A stretch of 37,041 nucleotides of DNA from NCBI GenBank assembly GCA_003990765.1, contig RBNJ01000198.1, positions 1 to 37,041 on the forward strand, written 5' to 3'. Below are positions 1 through 10,855 of the stretch, in pieces. Position 1 is the stretch's first letter. Each line of letters starts with the position of its first letter. The position numbers were made by a program, and so were the translations under genes. Below the pieces are notes generated by a model. It had not been told where the DNA came from, did not search any database, and saw only the letters and a program-made list of their open reading frames with translations. The DNA comes from Jimgerdemannia flammicorona (lineage: Eukaryota).

Positions 1-878
1 CCTCCCTTCCTCCCTCTCCCCTCTCCCCCCCTCCGTTCCGCTATATACCAACCTATACCGTGCTTTGTGCTGTACTAGAATCCGGTCTTTATTATGTTTA
101 TTATGCTTTGATGCGTTCGTACGCTTATGATTCCTGCTTCTATTTTGGAGTGTAATTTATTTTAGCTGATGGCCAGCAAATTATGAGTAAAATATTCCCT
201 TTTTTCTCGTGTCGTATATCCGAACGTGTGTTGAGCTTGGGAAGGTCATGTTGGAAATCGGTTTACTGGTTCATACTCTCAAGCCATTTAATGCTATCGT
301 AATGACAATCAAAATATACATATAAATCATATATTTGCATGGCCATTAATAGCTGTCACTGTCTGAATCAAATGTGTCTAACGGATGTATTTTAACTCAA
401 AGATCCTAAGTATAACTTCATATATTGAAAGCTAGCAAACTTAGATATATGTATTATTCTAATATTATTATATTAGTTTCAGCCATCACTTCTCTTTTTT
501 TTAATTATTATCAACTCTCTCTAGACAAAGTTATAAATTAAGAAATTCAAATATGTTTAAGATTTAAAATATAACCATTTAGTAATTTATCTATATTGTA
601 ATTATTTTTATTTATTTTATTTTTTAAGATATATTGTTACTAAAATGTTAATATTATTGATGAAGTTATTGTTTTAATTTTTAATTCGATATAATGATTG
701 ATATATTAAAAGAGAGTTAATATAAAATAAACTAATGTAATTAGAACTAAATAAAATAATTATAAGTGTAATGTAATATTTTAATTTATAGCTACCACTG
801 GCTAGTTTTCAGAATCAATGAATTCAACCATCAATTTAATTTGATCTTGAGAGCCGAGAGGGTAAAGACAACGTATAT

Positions 879-1824
879 ACACTGAACGACCAAAGACTCT
901 GAACGGGAAAAGACACCGAACGGCCAAAGATACTGAACGGACAAAGATACTGAACGGACAAAGACACCAAACGGCCAAAAACACTGAACGGCCAAACGTC
1001 AAAGACACCGAACGGTCGAAGACACCGAACAGCCAAAGACCCGAACTACCAAAAATACTGAATGGTAAAAGACACCGAATGGCCAGAAACACTGAACGGT
1101 CAAAGACACCGAATGTGGCCCAAAACAAAAAGACATCGAATGGCCAAAGACACCGGACAGCCAAAGACACTGAATGGCCAAAGACACCGAACGGTCAAAG
1201 ACACCGAACAGCCAAAGATACTGAACGGTCAAAGACACCGAACGGCCAAAGACACCGAACGGTCAAAGACACCGAACGGCCAAAGATACTGAACGGCCAA
1301 AGGCACCGAACGGTCAAAGGCACCGAACGGTCAAAGACACGGAATGGCCAAAAATACTGAACGGGCCAAAGCCACAAGGCACTGAACGGGCAAAGAAACG
1401 AACGGGCAAAAACACCGAACAGCCAAAGACACCGAACGGTCAAAGACACCGAACGGCCAAAGGCACTGAACACTGAACGGGCAAAGACACCGAACGGGCA
1501 AAGACAGCGAACGGGCAAAGACAGCGAACGGGCAAAGACACCGAACGGGCAAAGACACCGAACGGGCAAAGACACCGAACGGTCAAAGACACCGAACGGG
1601 CAAAGACACCGAACGGGCAAAGACACCGAACGGTCAAAGACACCGAACGGGCAAAGACACCGAACGGGCAAAAACATTGAATAGACAAAGACACCGAATG
1701 GCCAAAGACACCGAACGGTCAAAGACACGAGCGGTCAACAGGCAAAGACGCCGAACGGTCAAAGACACTGAACGGGAAAAGGTATTGACATTGACATTGA
1801 ACGGGCAAAGACACCGAACGGTCA
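879..1824. repeat. 17-bp minisatellite, consensus ACACCGAACGG(T/C/G)CAAAG, about 55 copies
   Basis: Units are directly readable (e.g. 1201-1285). ORFs across it show 17-aa periodicity (3 units = 51 nt). Units abut with no unique spacers. Confidence 0.95.
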
Positions 1825-2543
1825 CTCATCCTCCTGGACTTCGCTATTGGCATTATCTAGATTATCATCCTTGTCACCATCTTCATCCTCGCTATCACTT
1901 TTTTTTTTTTTTTAAATATCATTCTTCATCCATGACACAAATCCGTGTGCCCTCAACACCTCCGCGATGACTCCTTTCTTCATATCGGCGATCTAACCCG
2001 TCTGGATCTTCCGCGCCCTTACCTCTCACCTCCGCAGGCTAAGCCTCCGCACTCATCAACTAAATGTATGCTTGATGGCCTCAAAGTTGGAAAGCTTCCC
2101 GATGCACTAGAAAACCTGCACGAGACCCTTAGGTTGAATAATCACATTCTACCAAGAGCTCCTATCCCTTTCAAAGGGAATATCAGGTACTTTCTTGAAG
2201 GAGCCAACCTCCTTCATGAACAAGTATGCCGGCTGACAGACGATCATGCAACAATATGCGAAATAAAGTATTTATAATCTGGCTATCTATTCGCATACGA
2301 TTTTACGAATTAATTAACTAACGTACCACTTCCCTACTTCTGCAATGCAAAAAGAAGTACACAACTATCCATGATTAAAAGGCGTGGATAGATTAAACGA
2401 AGCGACATGAACCGACACTGCTTACTAGTTTATATATATAGTCGCGCCATCATTCCACAACCTTAAATTGGACGCGTCACCAAACACGTGCCTTAAACGT
2501 CATTCTCTCTCTCTCGATACACACAACAGCATTACAAACAACC

Positions 2544-3617
2544 ATGTCCAACCAACCTAGGAGCGGGTTCAGCCTAAAGGACGATATCGCCGTCGTCTGG
2601 AAAAACGCCGCCTTCCACGACGTGACCATCGTCTGCGCGGACGGCGTCAAGCTCGGCGCCTGCCGTTCTGTCCTCGCCGCGCGGTCCGACTTCTTTATGA
2701 CGATGTTTCTTGGAGACATGCGCGAGTCTGCCTCGAAGGAGATCGCCCTGCATGACATCGATTCGGAGGCCATGAAAATTGTCCTTGGCTACATCCACAC
2801 AGAGGCGGTCGATTCGGCTGCTCCCTTGATGGCGCTCGAGGTGTATCGCGCGGCGAGCTTCCTCCTGCTTCCCAAGCTCGTGGATATGGCAGTGGAGCTG
2901 GCGAAAGATGTCGAAGTCAAAGTAGCCGTACCGTTGCTCAACAAAGCCATTGGGTTCGTACCCAACAGCGAAGACAGTAAAGGGCTTTATGACATAATTC
3001 TCAAATCTTTTTGCAACCATCGCCTCGAGATAGGCGATCTCAATGACCTTACCGACGAAGCTCTGGAGCTAATACTCACACGACCCACGACAGTATTTAC
3101 CACATCCGAATATGACCTGCTGCTTTGCGTCATCGAATGGGCATGGGCTCGTACCGAGGACGCCCCACCTATAACCGAACGTCACGCGGTCTTCCGCATC
3201 CTGGATGACTTATCGGACTCCGACGTCAAAATTGGCATAGGGAATGGCCCTTCGCGCGCGGCCTTGGTGAAAATGTTGCAGCATATTCGTTTTACCCTCC
3301 TATGCCCCCACCGCTTGAGCTATCTCAACGGGGTCATTGACGCGCTCACCGACAATTCACCCCACTATAGCTCGGCACTTTATTATGCCTGCAGGAACAC
3401 CAAATGTTCTTCTGGGCACCCGTCGGAGTACCGATCCAAAGCTGTGTCCGGCCCCGTTGTTTCGAAGGACAGTAAGGTCGTAAGTTTCGTCAAAATGATT
3501 CTGAGGGCGCTGAAGCTGATAGTGCTGACGGCGCTGTTTGGCCTAATGGGGCTGGTGGCACTGATGGCGCTGGGTTCGCTGGAGGTGCGATCCCTCAGCG
3601 CATACAAGTGGGATTAG
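2544..3617 (+). CDS. BTB/POZ-BACK-like protein, SPRY domain disrupted, C-terminal hydrophobic tail (357 aa)
   Basis: BTB motif DVTIVC..G..LGACRSVLAARSDFF..MF...MRES...EI.L.DID.EAM..VL.YIHT. Aligns with the paralogs to about residue 310, then deletions and a frameshift end it early. Confidence 0.8.
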   Translation: MSNQPRSGFSLKDDIAVVWKNAAFHDVTIVCADGVKLGACRSVLAARSDFFMTMFLGDMRESASKEIALHDIDSEAMKIVLGYIHTEAVDSAAPLMALEVYRAASFLLLPKLVDMAVELAKDVEVKVAVPLLNKAIGFVPNSEDSKGLYDIILKSFCNHRLEIGDLNDLTDEALELILTRPTTVFTTSEYDLLLCVIEWAWARTEDAPPITERHAVFRILDDLSDSDVKIGIGNGPSRAALVKMLQHIRFTLLCPHRLSYLNGVIDALTDNSPHYSSALYYACRNTKCSSGHPSEYRSKAVSGPVVSKDSKVVSFVKMILRALKLIVLTALFGLMGLVALMALGSLEVRSLSAYKWD

Positions 3618-3779
3618 TTCGGACGTTGACAATGACGACGGCATAACGTTCCATTTGGACATGAAAATGACACAGTCAATCAACAGAAGGAACTATGGTG
3701 TTTCTGGGACAATCTTCCAGATGTTGTATACCCTGCTGTATCATTGTTTTCTGAAAATAAATACCGTTTATATCTCTAG
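3618..3779 (+). pseudogene. Remnant of the SPRY C-terminus of the first copy, beyond its premature stop
   Basis: Pieces ITFHLDMKM, SINRRNYGV and WDNLPDVVYPAVSLF can be read after the stop codon. Confidence 0.85.
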
Positions 3780-5285
3780 CTGCTTAATTTGTGTCTTTTT
3801 ATTTCTTTTTTTACCTCTCTGCTTTCAATTCCCTGATACATGGTTACGATGTCGTCATATATTGCTTATATGCTCTTAATAAAATTTATAAACATCGCAT
3901 ACTATCTTCTCCACTCTAAAAATCTTTACGATAGTACATTTTTCTTCCGCGCAGCATTACATATCTTGATCTCTATGCTCGCAGGACGGAATTTGATCGA
4001 TTCAGAGATTTCGCTCTTTAGAAATTTCGAATTAGAAATCCTATGAACTAAACGACCACTTGGTCATGCCTACAACCTCCAAAATTCATTCGGAGTGGAA
4101 CGCGCAGCTCTGTATCTATGGGAGTAAGCCATATCGATTGCTTGGTTTATAAAGCATGGATCGGCGTAATCTTATGGAGACGATTGACGCCAGGTTAAAT
4201 GCAAATGGTTTTATCGGTAGCTGAGAGGCGTCAGATGGTTGCCATACCTTTTTAAAGATGCTCAATGAAAGTACCTTGAATAATATTTCAATCTACCATA
4301 TGATGGCAAAGACCAAAACAGTTAAATACACTGGATGATAAGCAAAGATACTGAACATGTGCCGGCCCTTAGGTATTGAGCAATTTGCTGCAAAGCCATT
4401 TGATCATATGCCACAAAGGAGACATGCATATTGGCCATCAAAAGCCAATAGGACCATTAATCATCATTGGTCAGAATTGTTGTATATACGGCATTCAAAC
4501 AAAGATAAACCCAGCGAATACGTGGGATTACAAGACGCCAGAAGTGTCTAACCCGAGGTGACCGACCATTGCACCGTTTACGCGAACACAAAGACCGGGG
4601 CTTTTACATATCATGTATAATATATTTTGTTGCTTGTTAATTAACCTGGGTGTCCACGGTTCGTCATTCTCCTGGACATGTCCTGACGTCATCCTGGCCT
4701 CCTTGATCGTCCTCACTCTTATTCAATTCACTCTCTTCCACTTCGTCAAAGCCACCCCCTCCTCTCATCACTTTTTTTTTTCAAAATATCATTTCTCCAC
4801 CGACATAAACCCATGTACCCTCAACGCTTCCACAACGACCCATTTCACCACATCCCCACTCTCAAGCGGCAATCTAAACCGCTTTGCTCCTGCACACCCC
4901 ATCACCGCTGCCATCACAAACTTCACCCATACCCCGCTGCATATCTGCAGGCCGAGCCTCCCCACCCACGAACCTCGACACGCGGCACTATTATCAGCAA
5001 AATGTATGCTAGCTGGCCTCATAATATTTCAAAGGTAGGGTAGCCTTCCGATATATAAGACTTTTGGGTAAAAATGATCACACGCCCCTATCCCTTTCAA
5101 ACGGAAATACCGGGTACTTTTTAAAGGAGCAAATCACATTCATGGAGGTTCAGGACAAGGAAAAAGTGCTGAGTATATTGGAGTGTCCCGGATGGCAGAC
5201 CGTCACATCATAAGATATACAATCATACGAAGGAGTTATAATCAAAGCTATTCAACAACGATTTTTTAATTTACGAAATGCAATA

Positions 5286-5323
<38 letters not shown>

Positions 5324-5683
5324 ATAGAAACCATCGTAATCTGGTTGTGTATTTGTATCAGATTTTACGAATTAAGTGAACTTTTATTAACTAACGCGCC
5401 ACATTCCTACTCCTAAAGCACAAAAAGAAGTTTACAATTTAAAATTGTGGAGAGAAGGTAATTGTCTTGGGTAATATATTCACCAGGATCAAACGGCCTA
5501 TTGAAATGCCGCTGCCTACATGCGTAAACTAGTTTGTATCATTTCCACCTTCACACGCTTCTAAGAATAGCTGAAAGCGAGTAGATCTACGATACCACAG
5601 TCTTCCCGCTTGCGGGGTCGAGTTAACAGGGAACACTACCTTGAGCTAGTGTTCCAGAAGTCCGGAGTGGAAGACATGTGTAC

Positions 5684-6592
5684 CTTACAGCGAAACCAGT
5701 AAAGAACTTTGACATACTTTTCAAATCTTTTTGAAATCACCGCTTGAGATAGGCGATCTCAATGACCTTACCGACGAAGCTCTGGAGCTAATACTCACAC
5801 AGCCCAAGGCGACAGTCTTCAATACACCCGAATGGGCATGGGATCGTAACGGGGACGCCCCATCTATAACCGAATGTCACGCGGTCTTCGACATCATTCT
5901 CGTAGGGAATGGCCCCTCACGCGCGGCCTTAGTGGAAATGTTGCAGCATATTGATTTCACGCTCATATGCCCTCATCGCTGGAGCTATCTCAACAGGGCC
6001 ATTGACGCGCTCACCGACAATTGACCCCTCTACGCTCGGCCATTTATCATCCCTACATGTACACCAGACGTCCTAATGGTGTCCCCAATGGGGCCGATCC
6101 AAACTATCGTCCAGTATCGTTCTTTCGGAGAACGGTACAGTCGTAAGTTTCCCCAGCTTACCTTTAAAGTCGCGGACGGTGCGAGCCTCTAGAGTATGCC
6201 ACGCGGATATTATTGGGCTCTGCGAGTGGGATGTTGTCGTCCAATCGGTCGGCTGCCTCGGGATTGAAGTGAGATTGGGAGATAAATCGTTGATACGTTC
6301 GAACGGGCTATGTCTTGTGGATTGGCCAAAACGGCGTGGATTTTCGGAGCTATGATCGAGGGAGGAAACGTTATTCTGTCACCGATGTACCAGTACGCCG
6401 CCCCCTATGGCACTGGCATTCACGATGGTGACATCATAACGTTCCTTTTGGACATGGAAGTGAACAGTTGCTCACTGTCAATCAATGGAAGGAACTATGG
6501 TGTTATCTGGGATAATCTTCCAAATGGTGTACATATATCTTGCTGTATCATTTTTTATCGAATCTAAATACCAATTTAGATCTCGAAGTTAA
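5684..6592 (+). pseudogene. 5'-truncated, frameshifted BTB-SPRY paralog (BTB missing; BACK-like and SPRY fragments)
   Basis: LEIGDLNDLTDEALELILT, LCEWDVVV and GDIITFLLDMEVNSCSLSINGRNYGVIWDNLP lie in broken frames with stops. Confidence 0.9.
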
Positions 6593-6985
6593 ACATTCTA
6601 CACACAAATTCATATAAATAAGTACATAGCTGATCGATTTATCTCTCTTTTCATTTCTTATTTACCTCTCTTCTCCCAATTCTCACTGATACATGGTTAA
6701 GATATTGCCAAACATTGCGCTCTTATGGAGATTACTAAATATCACATACACTCTACAAATCTTTACAATGGTATATTGTTCTTCCGCGCAACTCTCGATC
6801 TCTATGCTCGCACGGCATACAGAGGAATTCCATAGATACAGATATACTTCGCTGTTTAAAATTTTCGAATCTTATTCTTTAGCACAAATGTTTGGCACAC
6901 GTCCGAAACAGGAATCATATGAGCTAAACGATCACTACAACCACCAACATTCGTTCGGAATGCAACGCGCGGCACTATACCTATG

Positions 6986-7473
6986 TGTAAGGCTTCGAAT
7001 GGTTCACAGTAAATGGGTCATCCGATTCGGATCGGATTAAATCCGACCTTAATTTTAGCGCAAGGAACGATCCTCCGCTTATACCATCCAGGACGTTCTA
7101 TCCCGTTCAGAACGCTTCAACCCGTCCGGAACGGTTTGCCCTGGACCTTGTCAATTAAACCGTACCTTATAGTTTAAGCCTGTTTAGTTTAGCGTAGCTT
7201 AGTCAGAGGACCGTTGCGCAGCGACTATCTACAACCGCAGTCATATTCGAACCACAGTAAGGTCCAAAGGCAAGGCGCGCCACTTAGTCACCCTTAATAT
7301 AGGATATTTGTAAAAACACCCTAGTAGTTTAGCAGTTGCCTTTGCTCGCCTTGCCTGTGACTACCTTTGCTTATTGCCTTGGTAACTTGTTCTAACAATA
7401 GACTGCGCCAGATTGGATCGAACTGCGCCGGATCGGACTGGATTGCAGAACACCTAGTAAAGCCGGCGTAACA
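6986..7473. mobile_element. Putative solo LTR (~488 bp) replacing the normal intergenic spacer
   Basis: Sequence absent from the other units. Starts TGTAAGGC and ends GCGTAACA (TG...CA with imperfect terminal inverted repeat). No target-site duplication visible. Confidence 0.6.
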
Positions 7474-7490
7474 CAACACAACAAACAACC

Positions 7491-8888
7491 ATGTCCAATC
7501 AGCCTAGAAGCGGGTTCAGCCTGAAGAACGATATCGCCGTCGTCTGGACCAACGCCGCCTTCCACGACGTGACCATCGTCTGCGCGGACGGCGTCAAGCT
7601 TGGCACCTGCCGTGCTGTCCTCGCGGCGCGGTGCGACTTCTTTATGGCAATGTTTTTTGGAGGGATGCGCGAGTCCACTTCTAAGGAGATCGCTCTGCGT
7701 TCCATCGATTCGGAGGCCATGAAAGTTGTCCTTGAGTACATCCACACAGAGGCGATCGATTCGGCTGTTCCCTTGATGGTGGCCAAGGTGTATCTCGCGG
7801 CGAAATTCTTCCTGCTTCCCAAACTCGTGGATATGGCACTGGAGCTGGCGAAAAAAGTCAAAGTCAAAGGAGCCGTGCTGCTTCTCAACAAAGCCATTGC
7901 GTCCGTATCATACAGCGAAGACAGTAAAGATCTTTATGACATAATTCTCAAATGTTTTTTCAAGCACCGCCTCAAGATAGGCGATCTCGATGAGCTTACC
8001 GACGAAGCCTTGGAGCTAATACTCACAAGATCCAAGGCGACAGCCTTCAGAACACCCGAGTATGACTTGCTTATTTGCGTCGTCGAATGGGCATGGGCTC
8101 GCAACAGGGATGCCCCACCTATAACCGAACGTCGCGCGGTCTTCGACATCCTAGGCGACTTATCAGATTTCGACGTCAAAATTGTCATAGGGAATGGCCC
8201 CTCGCGCGCGGCATTGGTGAAAATGTTGCAGTATATTAATTTAAGCCTCATATGCCCTCACCGCTTGAAGCATCTCAACGGGGCCATTGACGCGCTCACC
8301 GACAATTCACCCTACTACAACTCGGCCCTTTATTATTCCTGCATGAACACCAAATGTTCTTTTGGGCACCCATCGAAGTACCGTGGCCATCCTAAATGGT
8401 GTCCCCAATGGGACAGATCCAAATTGGTGTCCGGCGTCGTTGTTTCGGAGGACGGTACGGTCGTAAGTTCCCCCGGATTTTATTTGGGGTCGCCGACGGC
8501 GCGAGCCTCCAGCGAATGCCTCGCGGATGATAATGGACTCTGCGAGTGGGATATCGTTGTCGAATCGGTCGACGAGGACGGGTTCATTGAAGTCGGATTG
8601 ATCAATGAATCGTTCAATACGTTACAATGTGCCATGTGGGGTTTCCAAGCTACTATCGAGGAGGGAATCATCATCCTACCACGGATGCACCAGAGCGCTG
8701 GCCCCTATGGCACCGGCGTTGGTAATGGCGACGTCATAACGTTCCATCTGGACATGGAAATGCACAATTGCTCACTGTCAATCAACGAAAAAAACTATGG
8801 TGTCATCTGGGACAATCTTCCAGATGTTGTATATCCTGCTGTATCATTGTTTTCCGGAACTAGTTACCGATTTAGAGCACGATCTTAA
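7491..8888 (+). CDS. BTB/POZ-BACK-like-SPRY/B30.2 protein (465 aa), putative Cullin-3 substrate adaptor
   Basis: Intact intronless ORF. N-terminal BTB motif; SPRY motifs EWDIVV...EVGL, GD.ITFHLDM...SLSIN..NYGVIW.NLP..VYPAVSL. Has an 8-aa in-frame deletion in SPRY relative to paralogs. Confidence 0.92.
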   Translation: MSNQPRSGFSLKNDIAVVWTNAAFHDVTIVCADGVKLGTCRAVLAARCDFFMAMFFGGMRESTSKEIALRSIDSEAMKVVLEYIHTEAIDSAVPLMVAKVYLAAKFFLLPKLVDMALELAKKVKVKGAVLLLNKAIASVSYSEDSKDLYDIILKCFFKHRLKIGDLDELTDEALELILTRSKATAFRTPEYDLLICVVEWAWARNRDAPPITERRAVFDILGDLSDFDVKIVIGNGPSRAALVKMLQYINLSLICPHRLKHLNGAIDALTDNSPYYNSALYYSCMNTKCSFGHPSKYRGHPKWCPQWDRSKLVSGVVVSEDGTVVSSPGFYLGSPTARASSECLADDNGLCEWDIVVESVDEDGFIEVGLINESFNTLQCAMWGFQATIEEGIIILPRMHQSAGPYGTGVGNGDVITFHLDMEMHNCSLSINEKNYGVIWDNLPDVVYPAVSLFSGTSYRFRARS

Positions 8889-8949
8889 AATATTCTTAAA
8901 TATTTTGCACCAAAATTTGTATAAATAAATACATAGCTGATCAATATAT

Positions 8950-8984
<35 letters not shown>

Positions 8985-10855
8985 CATTTCATTTCGTTTC
9001 TTTCCACTTCCAATTCCCACTGATACATGGTTATGATATTGCTATACATTACGCTTTATGAAAATTTGTAAACATCAAATACTATATTCTCCATCTACAA
9101 GTCGTTACAAAGAGAAATTGTTCCTCTGCGCAGCATGACATATTTCGATTTCTATGCTCGCACGGCGTACAGGAGAATTCTATCGATTCAGATATTTCGC
9201 TGTTTATAAAATTTTGTGTCATATCCTCCGGCACAGAAAGCCTGTGAGCTAAAAAAAAAAATCACCACAACCTTCAACATTCGTGCGGAATACAACGTGC
9301 GGCGTTGTACCTATAAGAGTAAACCATATTGGTTGCTTGGTTTATAAAGCGTGTATCAGTGTAATCTTCAACGTCAGATAAAAGTAACCGGTATGACTTT
9401 GCCACGGGAATTCGGATAGTTGAGAGGCGTCTGATAATTGGCATACATTTTAAAAGAAGCTCAATGAAAATACATGGGCGAACGAACGGACAAAGATGCG
9501 AACACGTGCCGCCCCTCACATTCAAAAGGGACTTAGTCAGAAATCCTTGTACGACATTCAGAACAATAATATGCTCCAGAAGAGTCATCACAAACTAATC
9601 CAAGGTGCCCGATAATTGTGCCGTTTTACACGAACGCGATCAGACCATTGGGGGGGGTTTTTTTTTTTTGGTCATGTATATAATTATAGTTTGATTTTTC
9701 ATTAATTTGGGTGGAGGACGCCAATAATTTAAATAGCTATTGATCTTTAGGCTAACAGCATAAATAAAGTGCGGGGGGGTGCGTGAAGCACGTTTTCTCG
9801 TACAATCATTGGGGTACGATGGGGTAGTGGTATTTGGTGTCATTGTTGTAAAAAATTATTGATATCATAGTTTGTAAAGTAACTCGAGTGCTGACTGGAA
9901 GTGGTTGATGTGCAGATTCCGATATCTTCAAAAAAAAATGGACCAGAGTATATACAAACCTCACCAACCTCTGGAAAATACAACACAAACCAACCTTCTG
10001 ACATCCTTCATCTCGCCATCACCCTTCTGGACTTCGCTATCTGATTATCCTCGACCCTCGGCGACGACCCTTTTCTCCACATCCCCACTCGCAAGCGGCA
10101 ATCTAAACCATCTCGATCCTGCGCGCCCCTACCCCACCGTCATTACAAACTTCACCCACATCAGCCTCCGCACCAAAGGCGACACTCTCATCAACCAAAT
10201 GTATGCTTGATTGTCATAATATTTAAAGCGGGGAACCTGCACGAGAATCTTAATTTGAAATTGTCGCACGCCATCCGCTAGAGGGAATCATCAGGTACTT
10301 TGGATACTTTATTAAAGGTGCCAACCACCTTCATGGCGTTATAATCTGCCTATGAATTCGCATCGGATCTTACGAATTAAATAAATCTTTGACCGCTTTC
10401 CTACTCCCACAGTTTACAACTATTCATAATTAAAAATTGTGTGTAGAAAATAATTATCTTGGGCAATGTACTGGATCAAACGGAGCGACATGAACGGGGT
10501 CCAGAAGTTGCGGTTCTCCTATCCGGCTCGATAACATGACGCTGCCTACATGAGTAAACGTAGTTTGCCTTAAAAAGAGTGTATGTATTACCATTAGATA
10601 GTCTTCCCGCTCTCATTCGAATTAAACACCATAAGTCCGTGACGTGTGTGAAAGACCTCGCTGAGAAAGCCTAAAAATGAACATGTTGAAATTGCACGCG
10701 TTCTTGTCGATTCTATTTATACAGCCTTCGCAATCTAATACTATCTATAATCGACGTAATGGTCACATCGTTCCACAATCCAAATTAGACACGTACCTTA
10801 CAACGTGTTCACCTTGTTCTCTCTCAGCCACCCCCTTGATACACAACAAATAACC

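Noticed and set aside
480..800. Very AT-rich block as a defined element
   Set aside because: May be mutated TE debris, but I could not identify motifs or ends.
879..1824. CRISPR-like array
   Set aside because: Units abut directly with no unique spacers, there are no cas genes, and the context is eukaryotic.
802..1825. Numerous ORFs with 17-aa periodicity
   Set aside because: Artefacts of a stop-poor tandem repeat that is open in several frames on both strands.
5287..5322. Poly(A)/poly(T) tracts (also ~8953-8984) as retrogene tails
   Set aside because: They are copy-specific expansions within homologous spacers, with no associated insert or TSD.
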